Source: a bacterium (GTDB lineage: Bacteria; Patescibacteriota; Minisyncoccia; Phycocordibacterales; UBA1006). From it: a DNA stretch of 64,000 bases. The translations under genes were made by a program, and so were the position numbers. Location: assembly GCA_037144045.1 (NCBI GenBank), contig JBAWXN010000002.1, positions 150,875 through 214,874 of the forward strand, written 5' to 3'. Positions 18,539 to 28,150 of this stretch are shown here, piece after piece (position 1 is the first letter of the stretch; each line of letters opens with the position of its first letter). A model generated the notes under the pieces. The model worked only from the letters and a program-made list of their open reading frames with translations, ran no database searches and was not told where the DNA came from.

Positions 18539-19204
18539 TTACAGCACCCAATCTTTCCAATCAGGATGTAATTCAATGTTCAAGTCAACGCAAGCGGATT
18601 TCAAGGCATAAATAGAAATTTTCTCAGGATTTGGACAACTCATACATCTGCCAACGAATCCAACAAAGATAATTTCTTCTTTACTTGATATCGGCGAGAT
18701 AACAACACCACCCCTGTCAGCGGTAACATGTGCTGATACATGAGCATGTATGGACCGGTAAACCAAGTCATTACATTTAGGAATATCTTCCCACACCACT
18801 GCATACCCTTCATTGTCATTTAACTGGTGTGAATTATCGATACCACCAGATGTAAGTAAATAGTGTCTCATTGCACCAGGTCCTACTTCGGGTACATTGG
18901 GTGCGCCACCGATGCGTTCCTCTTTTTCAAGAACAAACCAGGCGTTGTGTACTAAGCCGCCATAGCCAATACGTTTTTCTTTCCAAAGCCTTGTAGGATT
19001 CCGGTTTTCCGGCATAAATCCCCATGGATAGGGAGAAGATGCGATTGATACAACTTCTGCGTGAGTCGCGTTACGGTACTTGCCAGTTGGAGGCGTTCCT
19101 AATTGGTCGAGGTTTCCTTGAAATGGAAACCTGAGGATTGCATGCTTCCCGCCAGGAAGGATGATCCAGTCTGATAGTGATACTTGTTTCATGTTGATGT
19201 GCAT
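18539..19204 (-). CDS. Hypothetical protein with C-terminal NifU-like (Nfu) domain
   Basis: HVTADRGGVVI...FVGRCMSCP matches the Nfu DGG...GxCxxC pattern. Confidence 0.6.
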   Translation of the reverse strand: MHINMKQVSLSDWIILPGGKHAILRFPFQGNLDQLGTPPTGKYRNATHAEVVSIASSPYPWGFMPENRNPTRLWKEKRIGYGGLVHNAWFVLEKEERIGGAPNVPEVGPGAMRHYLLTSGGIDNSHQLNDNEGYAVVWEDIPKCNDLVYRSIHAHVSAHVTADRGGVVISPISSKEEIIFVGFVGRCMSCPNPEKISIYALKSACVDLNIELHPDWKDWVL

Positions 19205-19290
19205 TTTTGTTAACTATACGGGAAAGGAAATTATTGTTAATACTGTTGTACAACTTTGACAACACTCCCTATTTTTGTTACTTTGAAACC

Positions 19291-20100
19291 ATGATTGAAA
19301 AAACACTGTCTCAATTTGGACTCCGCGACGACGAAATTAAAACTTTTGTTTTTCTTCTCGAGAATGGACAACAAACCGCTGGAGTTCTTGCAAAAAAGAC
19401 AGGCCTTTCTCGCCCTTCTTTGTATGGTTTTTTGAGGAAACTTAAAGAAATGGGACTTGTAACCGAATCTCAGAAAAATGGAATAAAAACTTTTTTTGCG
19501 TGCTCTCAAGAAAAACTCGAGAAATTATTTCAAGAAAAAATAGAAGAACTAGAGCAAGGAAGGGAAACCGTGAAAAAAGTATACGAAATGGTGTCAATGA
19601 ACGGAATACTAACTAATCCTAAGTTTCAACTCTTTGAAGGTAAAGAAGGTCTAAAACAAATTTTAAAAGACATGCTCTTATATCGAGATCTTGAAACAAA
19701 ATCATATTGGCCTATACAAGCCATGGTTGAAATATTGGGAGAAGGTTTTTTTAAAGAATTAAATAGGGAGCGAATTAAAAGAAGGTTGTATACCAAAGCC
19801 ATCTGGCCCGAGTCACAAAAATTAGATATTAAAAAACATCCCTACCTTGGATTCGGCAAGGCGTTTATGCGAGAAATTCGTATTGCACCCAAAAATATTT
19901 CTTTCTCTATGGGATACTGGATCTACGGTAATAAAGTTGCTTGTATATCATCAAAAAAAGAAGCGTTTGGATTTATTATTGAGAGTAAAGAATTGGTTGA
20001 AATGCTCTCAAGTCAATTTGAATTGATGTGGTATGCTTCAAAACCTATAACTGGTAAACCAGAAGATGGAAATGATTTTTTGAAAAATATTACCTCGTAA
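19291..20100 (+). CDS. TrmB-family transcriptional regulator
   Basis: LSQFGL...LAKKTGLSRPSLYGFLRKLKEMGLV HTH; FEGKEGLK; FELMW. Confidence 0.88.
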   Translation: MIEKTLSQFGLRDDEIKTFVFLLENGQQTAGVLAKKTGLSRPSLYGFLRKLKEMGLVTESQKNGIKTFFACSQEKLEKLFQEKIEELEQGRETVKKVYEMVSMNGILTNPKFQLFEGKEGLKQILKDMLLYRDLETKSYWPIQAMVEILGEGFFKELNRERIKRRLYTKAIWPESQKLDIKKHPYLGFGKAFMREIRIAPKNISFSMGYWIYGNKVACISSKKEAFGFIIESKELVEMLSSQFELMWYASKPITGKPEDGNDFLKNITS

Positions 20101-20154
20101 TTACATAAGTAGTACTCGTAGGTTGAGTTATAGGTCAATGATATAATAAAAATT

Positions 20155-20391
20155 ATGAAAAAAGTAATTGAAGGATTTGGTTGGTACGGGACCATTGCGA
20201 TACTCTCAGCTTATGGGTTGGTTAGTTTTTCAGTTCTTCAACCTACTGATATTTGGTATCAAGTACTTAATGGGACTGGTGCCTTAGGAATTGTGACTGT
20301 AGCTTTTTCTAAAAAGGATTATCAGCCAGTGGTACTTAATACGGTCTGGGTGCTGATTGCAGTTATTGCAGCTATACAAATTCTCATTTAA
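20155..20391 (+). CDS. CBU_0592-like small membrane protein
   Basis: GWYG...AY, YQVLNGTGA, LNTVW. Confidence 0.7.
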   Translation: MKKVIEGFGWYGTIAILSAYGLVSFSVLQPTDIWYQVLNGTGALGIVTVAFSKKDYQPVVLNTVWVLIAVIAAIQILI

Positions 20392-20412
20392 TCAATTACT
20401 ATTATTTTGTAT

Positions 20413-20994
20413 ATGCAGGAAGTATTTGTAGAAAATAAAAAACAACTATGGGCATGGCTCAAGGAAAATCACTCACAAACAGAAAGTGTTTGGCTGGTGC
20501 ACTACAAATTTGCGAGTGGAAAGACAGATCTCACTCGTGATCTGTTAGTAGATTACTTACTTTGTTTTGGGTGGATTGATTCTCTTCCTAATAAAGTAGA
20601 CGAATATAGAACAAAAATACGTATCTCGCCACGTAAGCCTAAAAGTGTTTGGAGTCACATAAATAAAGAAAAAGTTAAAAAACTGATAAAAACAGGGATG
20701 ATGCAAAAATCAGGATTGAAAGTAATTGAGATATCCAAAGAAAAGGGTACTTGGAATAAGGCATACCTACCACAGAGTAAAATGACGGTGCCAAGTGATT
20801 TTTTGAAACTACTCAAGAAGAGGGAAAACAAGAATGCCTATGAATTCTTTAAGACATTTGATAAGGCAAATTTGTACGCAGTAGGGTATAGGCTTGCAGT
20901 TATCGTGGACTCAAAAAAGAGAGAACTAAAAATGAAAGCATTTGTAGAACAATTCAAGAATAAAAAATACTTTTATTCAAATAAAAAAGTTTAA
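20413..20994 (+). CDS. YdeI/OmpD-associated family protein
   Basis: WLKENH, LCFGWIDS, PRKPKSVWS..NK. Confidence 0.88.
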   Translation: MQEVFVENKKQLWAWLKENHSQTESVWLVHYKFASGKTDLTRDLLVDYLLCFGWIDSLPNKVDEYRTKIRISPRKPKSVWSHINKEKVKKLIKTGMMQKSGLKVIEISKEKGTWNKAYLPQSKMTVPSDFLKLLKKRENKNAYEFFKTFDKANLYAVGYRLAVIVDSKKRELKMKAFVEQFKNKKYFYSNKKV

Positions 20995-21103
20995 AACAAA
21001 AAGCACCTGACGGTGCTTTTTGTTTTTGGCGGAGGACCGTTGAGACTATTAGAACGTGGTATGGGTAGATTATTACTGCTCTGTGGAAGTACACCTAATT
21101 GAA

Positions 21104-21295
21104 CTACACACTATTCTTCTCTAGAAACCAAACTGCTTTAGCCATACTTACTGCATCAAATGTTGCATCGTGAGCAGCTTTATGAGAAGTCTCAAGGGTT
21201 CTATCAATCCCAAGGAATTTCCCAAGGTTCCCGCTACAATACTCAAATCCTTTTTCTTCAAATTGTTCGCGAGTAAGTCCCCACGCCTCAAGCAC
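21104..21295 (-). pseudogene. C-terminal fragment of a DEDDh exonuclease-like gene
   Basis: AHDATFDAVSM ExoIII-like motif; 5' part missing, abuts recombinase fragment. Confidence 0.5.
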
Positions 21296-21774
21296 AGCTC
21301 AATCGGGACAATATTCAACGAGAAAATAGAGAATTCGCTTTTACCAAACTGTTCACCTGCGGCGCTTGCGGATCAGGAATATCCGCACAAGAGAAGTACA
21401 AGGTGCTGAAGGATGGGACGAATGCCAAGTATGTTTACTACTCATGTTCTAAGGCGAAAGATAGAAACTGCAAAAATAAATACATTCGCGAGGAAGAGTT
21501 GATCGAGGAGTTATTCAAAGTCATAGATCAAGTGAATATTAACGAACTGGGCATGCGAATGAAACTCGAAGAAGAAATCAAGCGATTCAACCGACTACAG
21601 CGACTCGCCACAAAAGGTACGCCGAAATATTCGATCAACGAGGATGACGTTAATACAAGAGAATATGCAAAGTATGTCCTACGCGAGGGTACGCCACTTG
21701 AGAAACGAGAGCTATTAGGACACCTACGAAGCAGGCTGGTATTAAACGACAAAAAGATAACATTGTCGGAATAA
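21289..21774 (+). pseudogene. Truncated large serine recombinase (zinc-ribbon/coiled-coil C-terminal part only)
   Basis: Frame extends upstream of the ORF call: REFAFTKLFTCGACGSGISAQEK...YVYYSCSKAKDRNC; in-frame stop at 21274; no catalytic domain. Confidence 0.8.
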
Positions 21775-21813
21775 TAAAAATGCCCAATCAGAAGTGATTG
21801 GGCACTGACAATG

Positions 21814-23736
21814 TTAGCCTGTACCAAGAAATTTTTTCCAGCCAGGAAAATTTGGATGATATGAGGTATAAGGATCCCTGTAGAGTTTTGAATCCAGCTT
21901 GTACCTTTTTTGATAGTCCTTCATATTCTTAAGCCCCAGCTTGATACTTGCCTTGCTCGCTTCCTGCCAAGTCTTGTACTTGTCGAACCTGTCTTGCGTA
22001 CCATTGAATATAGCCCAGCCAGGGAAGTCCTCATAATAACCACTTGGATCAGAGGGAAGTCTTTTATCCGTCTTGTATTTTTTATAATACGCCCTGTCGC
22101 TTGTAATACCGCCTATCTTTTTTGCAGCAACTGAGGCATCCTTCCATGTTGGGTAAAAATTCTTTGGATCTGCCCCAAAGAACACGGGCCAGCCAGGAAA
22201 GTCTGGGTAGGTTTTGTAGGGAAAGCTTGGAAGCCTTGGGTCAAGAGTATATCTTTTTTGATAGTCTCTGTATCCAGTCAGTCCGAGCTTTCTTGCAGAC
22301 GCGCTTGCCTCATTCCATGTCGCATAGAAGTTTTTCTTTGTCCTACCAAGAAAGGCATCATATCCAGGAAAGTCAGCGTAGTTATTATGCGGATGGGATG
22401 GTAGCCTCCTATCCTCCTTATGTCTTGCGAAATATTCGCGCATCTGTTTGATTCCAAGATCAACAGCGGCTTGGGATGCCTCCTGCCAGGTCTCGTAGAA
22501 TCCCATTCTCGCAACTCGAAGAATTTCCATAATATCCTCGAGCTCATCTGAAAAGTTAAACGAGTAGTGGGTACCGCTGACTGACAGAAGTGACTTATCT
22601 GTTCTCACGGGATCCGTGTATCGCTGAATAGATTTAACCATTCCCTGAACCATCAAGATGCGTTGGGTATTAGCTACAAAGTCCAAAACGACGACCTTTG
22701 ACTTGCCTAATTTTTTGCGAAGCCCTCGGCCGAGCTGTTGTCGGTAAATGATACCTGATTCTGTAGCGCGTATAAATACGATAACTTCAACGTCTGGGAT
22801 ATCTATGCCTTCATTGAACTTATCGACGCTCAGGATGATGTTCATGTCCCCATGCTTGAAGATGTGCAGATTTTCATTGTTCGTCTTTGTTGAATTTTCA
22901 GAATGAAAAGTGCAGTAAGTGCCTTTTTCTAGGTTTTTAGCAAAGGAACGAACATGATGGATGCTGGAACAAAAAATGATGCACTTCTTGCTCCAGTTAT
23001 TGGTGTGCTTCTTGATTTCCTTGATCTGTTCTTGGTCCCGCTTCTTAACGAAGAGCTGCTTGTTGATCTGGTTGAGGCTGATTCTTCTTTTTTCAGTGAC
23101 GACCTCCTTGAATAGCTCTTTTAATGCATCTTTGTTAAGGCCATCGGAAAGTAGATGATACTCCACGTTGGTGAGCCACCCCTTGGCTATACCTTCCTCA
23201 ATCGTGATGTTAACCACCTCTTCTCCATACAAATCTCGAATATCAAGCTCGTCCATACGGTCAGGTGTCCCTGTCATGCAAAGCGTCTTGCTGGGATTGA
23301 AGTACTTTATTACTTCACGGAATGTCGGAGCCTGTGCATGATGTCCCTCGTCTACAATAATGATGTCGAAGTGATTTTTACTAAATCTCCTATACCACTT
23401 TGATGTACTGTTGAGCGATTGAAACGATGCGAAAACAATGTGCGCCTTTCTAGCCTCCTCGACACACTTTTCAGAGCCGAAGAAGTCATAAAATTTAAGA
23501 TTTTCATCTGGGTCGAAACTTTCCCGAAATTCGCGATGTGCTTGAGCCAAAATATAATTATCGTGGCATAAGAACAGTACTCGATTTCGTTTTTTGTAGA
23601 GGGATTGAAGTAGGAATGAAGCCACTACGGTCTTACCAAGACCGGGTGCCATGACCATGAGAGCCTTACCAATAGTGTTGATCGCTCTCAAGACTAGGGA
23701 GTGGACCCTTTTTTGATATGAATATAGTTTTTTCAT
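21814..23736 (-). CDS. SF2 (ResIII-like, DExH) helicase with four C-terminal integrase-repeat (INT_rpt)-like units
   Basis: APGLGKT, DEGHH, TGTP, NEGIDIP, QQLGRGLR; 4x YxTWxEASxA..LG...Y..DxRLPSxP...Y.DFPGW..F.G. Confidence 0.85.
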   Translation of the reverse strand: MKKLYSYQKRVHSLVLRAINTIGKALMVMAPGLGKTVVASFLLQSLYKKRNRVLFLCHDNYILAQAHREFRESFDPDENLKFYDFFGSEKCVEEARKAHIVFASFQSLNSTSKWYRRFSKNHFDIIIVDEGHHAQAPTFREVIKYFNPSKTLCMTGTPDRMDELDIRDLYGEEVVNITIEEGIAKGWLTNVEYHLLSDGLNKDALKELFKEVVTEKRRISLNQINKQLFVKKRDQEQIKEIKKHTNNWSKKCIIFCSSIHHVRSFAKNLEKGTYCTFHSENSTKTNNENLHIFKHGDMNIILSVDKFNEGIDIPDVEVIVFIRATESGIIYRQQLGRGLRKKLGKSKVVVLDFVANTQRILMVQGMVKSIQRYTDPVRTDKSLLSVSGTHYSFNFSDELEDIMEILRVARMGFYETWQEASQAAVDLGIKQMREYFARHKEDRRLPSHPHNNYADFPGYDAFLGRTKKNFYATWNEASASARKLGLTGYRDYQKRYTLDPRLPSFPYKTYPDFPGWPVFFGADPKNFYPTWKDASVAAKKIGGITSDRAYYKKYKTDKRLPSDPSGYYEDFPGWAIFNGTQDRFDKYKTWQEASKASIKLGLKNMKDYQKRYKLDSKLYRDPYTSYHPNFPGWKKFLGTG

Positions 23737-23886
23737 CTGGGTTTGTTTTTATTGTTAAATAACTTAATTTCTTCACAATCTTATAGGTATATGTCAATAT
23801 AGTCATATATGTTTGACTAAATACGAAAAATAAGTATTATATCCTTATATATAAAGACAAATGTGTTGTCAGATATATTGACATAT

Positions 23887-24627
23887 ATGAACAAAAGCCA
23901 AACAATTGAAGTGTTAAATGATATAGGGCTTTCCGAAAATGAGGCCCGTGTCTACCTTGCCTGTCTGGGGGTAGGGCCTACAACCGCTATAAATATAGCT
24001 AGAATGACAGAAATCAAGCGCCCGACGGTTTATACGATCATTGATTCTTTGAAGGCCAGAGGACTTATGTCCATCGAAGTTCGCGGTTTCAAGAAGAAGT
24101 TCGTAGCTGAAAGGCCGGAAAAGCTGGAAGAGGTTTTGGAACTGAAAAAGAGCAAGTTTAAAAAATTACTCCCAGAACTTCAGGCTCTTCAGAATGCTCA
24201 AGATGATGGCGGATTCATTAAGTATTTCGAAGGAATGGAAGGGATCAAGTCAATCTATGAATCCATGATCCGCGATATAAAGCCAAAGGAAGATTATTCT
24301 GTAATAGGAAACATGGATAAATTGTTGCCACTCGACCAGAAGTTCTTTGAAGACTTTTTTGACCGACGGGCAAAGTTGAATATTAATTTGCGTATCTTGG
24401 TGCAGAGGAACAAGGGCGGTGAATGGTTCAAGAAATACGAAAAAAATATGAACGCGAAGGTGAAGTATCTTCCCGAGAGCACGAAGCTAAGTACAAACCT
24501 GGTAATGATTCCACGGCGAATGCTGATACACGAACTCACTGAGCCGATCAAGGGTATAGTTATTGAAAACAAGAGGACAATTGATATGCAAAGGGAAATG
24601 TTTGAAATTATGTGGGATTCGATCTAG
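23887..24627 (+). CDS. TrmB-family transcriptional regulator
   Basis: IGLSENEARVYLACL, IKRPTVYTIIDSLKARGL, FEGMEGIK, FEIMW. Confidence 0.88.
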   Translation: MNKSQTIEVLNDIGLSENEARVYLACLGVGPTTAINIARMTEIKRPTVYTIIDSLKARGLMSIEVRGFKKKFVAERPEKLEEVLELKKSKFKKLLPELQALQNAQDDGGFIKYFEGMEGIKSIYESMIRDIKPKEDYSVIGNMDKLLPLDQKFFEDFFDRRAKLNINLRILVQRNKGGEWFKKYEKNMNAKVKYLPESTKLSTNLVMIPRRMLIHELTEPIKGIVIENKRTIDMQREMFEIMWDSI

Positions 24628-24736
24628 TAAAAGAAAAACAGCGACTATGGTCGCTGTTTTTCTTTTACTCTTAATCACTTATGAGTCGCACGGCCTTCAT
24701 AGGCACGTGGGTCATGTAACTAACAGGTTGTCAATG

Positions 24737-24821
24737 CGGAAGTGGTGAGATTCGAACTCACGGGCCTTTGACAGCCGACAGTTTTCAAGACTGTTGATTT
24801 AAACCACTCATCCACACTTCC
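24737..24821 (-). tRNA. tRNA-Ser(UGA)
   Basis: GGAAGTG stem, loop CTTGAAA, long variable arm. Confidence 0.95.
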
Positions 24822-24902
24822 GAGGACTATATTACACGGTTTTAGATTTTTTTCAAGGGGTTACAGGTGTTTCCTGCTTTGGGTACATGGTATACTGGTA
24901 GT

Positions 24903-25292
24903 ATGAATACACAAACAAAATGGGTGATAGGATTGAGTATTGCGCTCGCGTTAGTAATCGGAATACTTATTGGTAAAGGCTGGGATGCACGTGGTATGGG
25001 TCATTATGGAGCACACCGCATGCCGGATGGAACCATGATGTCTAATGGTGGCGATATGTCATCTATGATGCATGATATGAACGCTTCATTACAAGGAAAA
25101 ACAGGTGATGCGTTTGATAAGGAATTTCTAATTCAGATGGTGGTGCACCATGAAGGCGCTGTAGACATGGCTAAAAAGGTGCTCGAAGTTTCAAAACGTC
25201 CAGAACTTATTAAATTAGCTAACGACATTATTTCAGCTCAAACAAAAGAAATTGAAATGATGAATACATGGAAAGCAACTTGGTTTAAATAG
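24903..25292 (+). CDS. DUF305 (CopM-like) domain protein
   Basis: FLIQMVVHHEGAVDMA...IISAQTKEIEMM; Met/His-rich linker. Confidence 0.9.
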   Translation: MNTQTKWVIGLSIALALVIGILIGKGWDARGMGHYGAHRMPDGTMMSNGGDMSSMMHDMNASLQGKTGDAFDKEFLIQMVVHHEGAVDMAKKVLEVSKRPELIKLANDIISAQTKEIEMMNTWKATWFK

Positions 25293-25333
25293 GTATTATA
25301 AAACTCGCATGAATGCGAGTTTTATAATACCTA

Positions 25334-26008
25334 TTAATTTTTTTGAGACTTAGCGTGTTCTTCAAATAATTTTATAACATTAGGAAAAGAAACTTTATTT
25401 GCTAAATCAAGTACTGGCTTATCTTGTTCTGAAATAGTATCTCCAATACTCGGATTAACATAAATGTGTCCATTTTTTGGTCCATGGAATACTGTTTTAG
25501 TACTATGCACTCCTTGATCGTCTGGGGCATAGTTATCTTCCGCCATGCGACTTTCTTGAAATCCGTCAATTACGCCGTCTCCGTTCTTATCAAAGAGCCA
25601 AAATTCTTTACCTTTATAGTCGTCGTAACCATCCGACCCTTTTATAATAGTGTCGTATTCTTCGATAATAAATGTGCGTCCACCGGAAGGGTCAGTAATC
25701 ATTTTAGCTTCGCCCGATTCAAAATCAATGGTTTGGTTTTTAACACCCGATTCAAATACTTCTGCTTCAGTGGTCAATTGAGGCAGGGTGTCGTAGAGAT
25801 GATATACCGATTTAGCATATTCAGCACGCTCGTTGTCAGTCATTTTTTCAATAGCGGGCTTGAACGAAGGATCCTTTTTCGAGTTGCAACTCTCGAGGGT
25901 TGTAGTTAGTGTAGTTAGTGTTAGTAGTGCTGCTGCAAGTAGTCCTGTTTTGTTTTCAAGATTAGGTAATTTGCTAGTAATTTTTTTAAACGGGTTTAAG
26001 TGGTCCAT
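25334..26008 (-). CDS. Hypothetical (lipo)protein
   Basis: Hydrophobic stretch ending LESC; DKNGDGVID EF-hand-like loop. Confidence 0.6.
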   Translation of the reverse strand: MDHLNPFKKITSKLPNLENKTGLLAAALLTLTTLTTTLESCNSKKDPSFKPAIEKMTDNERAEYAKSVYHLYDTLPQLTTEAEVFESGVKNQTIDFESGEAKMITDPSGGRTFIIEEYDTIIKGSDGYDDYKGKEFWLFDKNGDGVIDGFQESRMAEDNYAPDDQGVHSTKTVFHGPKNGHIYVNPSIGDTISEQDKPVLDLANKVSFPNVIKLFEEHAKSQKN

Positions 26009-26061
26009 GGGTATATTTTAGGTTTTTATGAAAAAATAATCAAATATGATACATTGCGAGT

Positions 26062-26478
26062 ATGAAATATCTAGGGATTGATTATGGAACCAAGAAAATA
26101 GGCATTGCCATTTCTGATGAATCAGGGAAATTTGCATTTCCGAAAGAAATTGTACCTTCAGGAATTGAAGCTTTAAGGGATATTGTCGACATGGTAACCA
26201 CTGAAGGAGTGCAAAAAATAATTGTGGGGCATTCATTAACGAGTTCAGGTGATCGCAATGTACTTATGGAAGACATTGATGCTTTTATCGAAGAAATTCA
26301 AAAACTTACTGGACTCCCGGTATTACTATCAGATGAGCGTTTTTCATCAACGGCGGTGCGTGCATTTGATTTCGAAAAACCTATTGCAAATACACGAGGT
26401 AATAGTCGCCCAACCGATCCTATTGATCATCGAGCCGCAGCGATCATGTTGCAACGATACCTAGACAAAAATAGTTAA
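26062..26478 (+). CDS. ruvX: YqgF/RuvX pre-16S rRNA nuclease
   Basis: LGIDYGTKKIGIAISD, DERFSS, IDHRAAAIMLQRYLD. Confidence 0.93.
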   Translation: MKYLGIDYGTKKIGIAISDESGKFAFPKEIVPSGIEALRDIVDMVTTEGVQKIIVGHSLTSSGDRNVLMEDIDAFIEEIQKLTGLPVLLSDERFSSTAVRAFDFEKPIANTRGNSRPTDPIDHRAAAIMLQRYLDKNS

Positions 26479-26507
26479 AGGGTATATAACAAGTAAAATT
26501 GTTTATC

Positions 26508-26969
26508 ATGAAACCTAGCACGCTTTCAGATTATTTTGCACAAGCATCGTTTGAACAACAACAAGCCGTACGTGAACCCTTTAGTTCCGATTTCCTGAGT
26601 GAGCTTGCCGTAATTGGAGTAAGGTCAACCGTAGAACAAATGTTACAGCGACTGCTTACTTCAGCAGAGCTACTCTTTAAAACGACTACTGGTTTAGTTA
26701 CGATAAATGAACAGTATGCGCTACAGATACATGTTCAAGGAAAGGTAACTCGTGTTGAATTTTTTAGTCACGCACTTGTAATTGCTACCGCAATTCAAGA
26801 AAAAGATGTGATATGGGAATTGCCTGGTCGTATCCCTAAAAAAGTAACGCATATGCGGTATTCTTGGCCAGGGTGGTCGCCTGCAAATGGCTCATTAGGA
26901 GAACAATACAGTGCGATGTTGCAAAAAATAGGGGCCTACGAAAAAGCCTACAAAAAAGCATTAGTATAA
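26508..26969 (+). CDS. Hypothetical protein
   Basis: 153-aa ORF followed by a terminator. Confidence 0.55.
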   Translation: MKPSTLSDYFAQASFEQQQAVREPFSSDFLSELAVIGVRSTVEQMLQRLLTSAELLFKTTTGLVTINEQYALQIHVQGKVTRVEFFSHALVIATAIQEKDVIWELPGRIPKKVTHMRYSWPGWSPANGSLGEQYSAMLQKIGAYEKAYKKALV

Positions 26970-27015
26970 CAACGTAAAGCAGACTTTTCTGCTTTTTTTG
27001 TTATACTGAAACCAT

Positions 27016-27447
27016 ATGGAATATATAACCTACGAACAATTTAAAAAGATGGACATTCGCATTGGAACCATCCGAGAAATAGAACCCGTTGAAGGAACTG
27101 ATAAACTATTACGCTGTCAGATTGATTTTGGAGTAAAAAAACCTTCACTCGATGTTATCCCTGAATCTGATTCAGTATTGACTGATGAAGAACTTGCAAA
27201 ATTAGGGGGTGTAGACGAAGTGGTAGAAGAACGCGACATACGTCAAATTATTTCAGGAATTCGTGAATACTATCCTGATTATGAATCACTCATCGGTAAA
27301 CAAGTGTTGTATGTGGTGAATCTTGAACCGCGTGAAATCAAAGGTCATACATCCCACGGCATGTTGATGGCCGTAGATGGACGTGAAGGGCAGCCAGTTT
27401 TTTTGGTCCCTGATGAACCAGTAGAACCAGGAAGTAAGGTACGGTAA
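27016..27447 (+). CDS. tRNA-binding OB-fold protein (Trbp111/CsaA/MetG C-terminal-like) with insertion
   Basis: MDIRIGTI, DKLL, RQIISGI, VVNLEPR, SHGMLMA, PGSKVR. Confidence 0.88.
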   Translation: MEYITYEQFKKMDIRIGTIREIEPVEGTDKLLRCQIDFGVKKPSLDVIPESDSVLTDEELAKLGGVDEVVEERDIRQIISGIREYYPDYESLIGKQVLYVVNLEPREIKGHTSHGMLMAVDGREGQPVFLVPDEPVEPGSKVR

Positions 27448-27458
27448 TGAAAAACCTC

Positions 27459-28064
27459 TCACGAGGTTTTTATAGTAGTCATTTTTTCTTTAATAATTTT
27501 ATATGCAACTGGAGCGAATGAAATGACCATGATAGCAATAATGATAGGTAATAGATACGAGTCTACGTTAGGAACTTTACTCCCAAGTGCATATCCGAGC
27601 CAAGGAAGGAGGAGTGCCCAAGCGGCACCACTTAACAAGTTCCAAATGACAAATTTGCGGTAATGCATGAGTGATGCGCCGGCAAGAATGGGTGCAAAAG
27701 TGCGGACAATAGGAATAAATCGAGCAAGGAGCACTGCTTTCGGTCCATGATCGCTATAAAACTGAGCGGTGCGTGTGAGGTGTTTTTGTTTGAAAAAAAG
27801 TGTGTCTTTCTTTTTAAAAATAGTTTCACTAATACGTCTTCCGAAATAGTATCCAAAGAGTCCTCCTAATACCGCTCCGATCACTACTACAATCATCACC
27901 CAAAATAATGATAAATTACCGCTTGCTGCAAGTATTCCAGCGCTAAAGAGTAAACTATCGCCAGGGAGAAAAAACGCAAAAAATAAACCCGATTCGGCAA
28001 ATATAATGAGAAGGATTCCAATATAGCCGACGGTTTGAATAATCATCGGGAGTGAGTAGTGCAT
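27459..28064 (-). CDS. DedA family membrane protein
   Basis: FAESGLFFAFFLPGDSLLF, LARFIPIVRTFAP. Confidence 0.93.
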   Translation of the reverse strand: MHYSLPMIIQTVGYIGILLIIFAESGLFFAFFLPGDSLLFSAGILAASGNLSLFWVMIVVVIGAVLGGLFGYYFGRRISETIFKKKDTLFFKQKHLTRTAQFYSDHGPKAVLLARFIPIVRTFAPILAGASLMHYRKFVIWNLLSGAAWALLLPWLGYALGSKVPNVDSYLLPIIIAIMVISFAPVAYKIIKEKMTTIKTS

Positions 28065-28150
28065 ACAAGTATTCTAGCACGCGATAGCTAGTTACTTAGT
28101 ATGTGTGTAATTGAATTTTAAAACTCAATGAGTGGTGATATACTTTAGTC

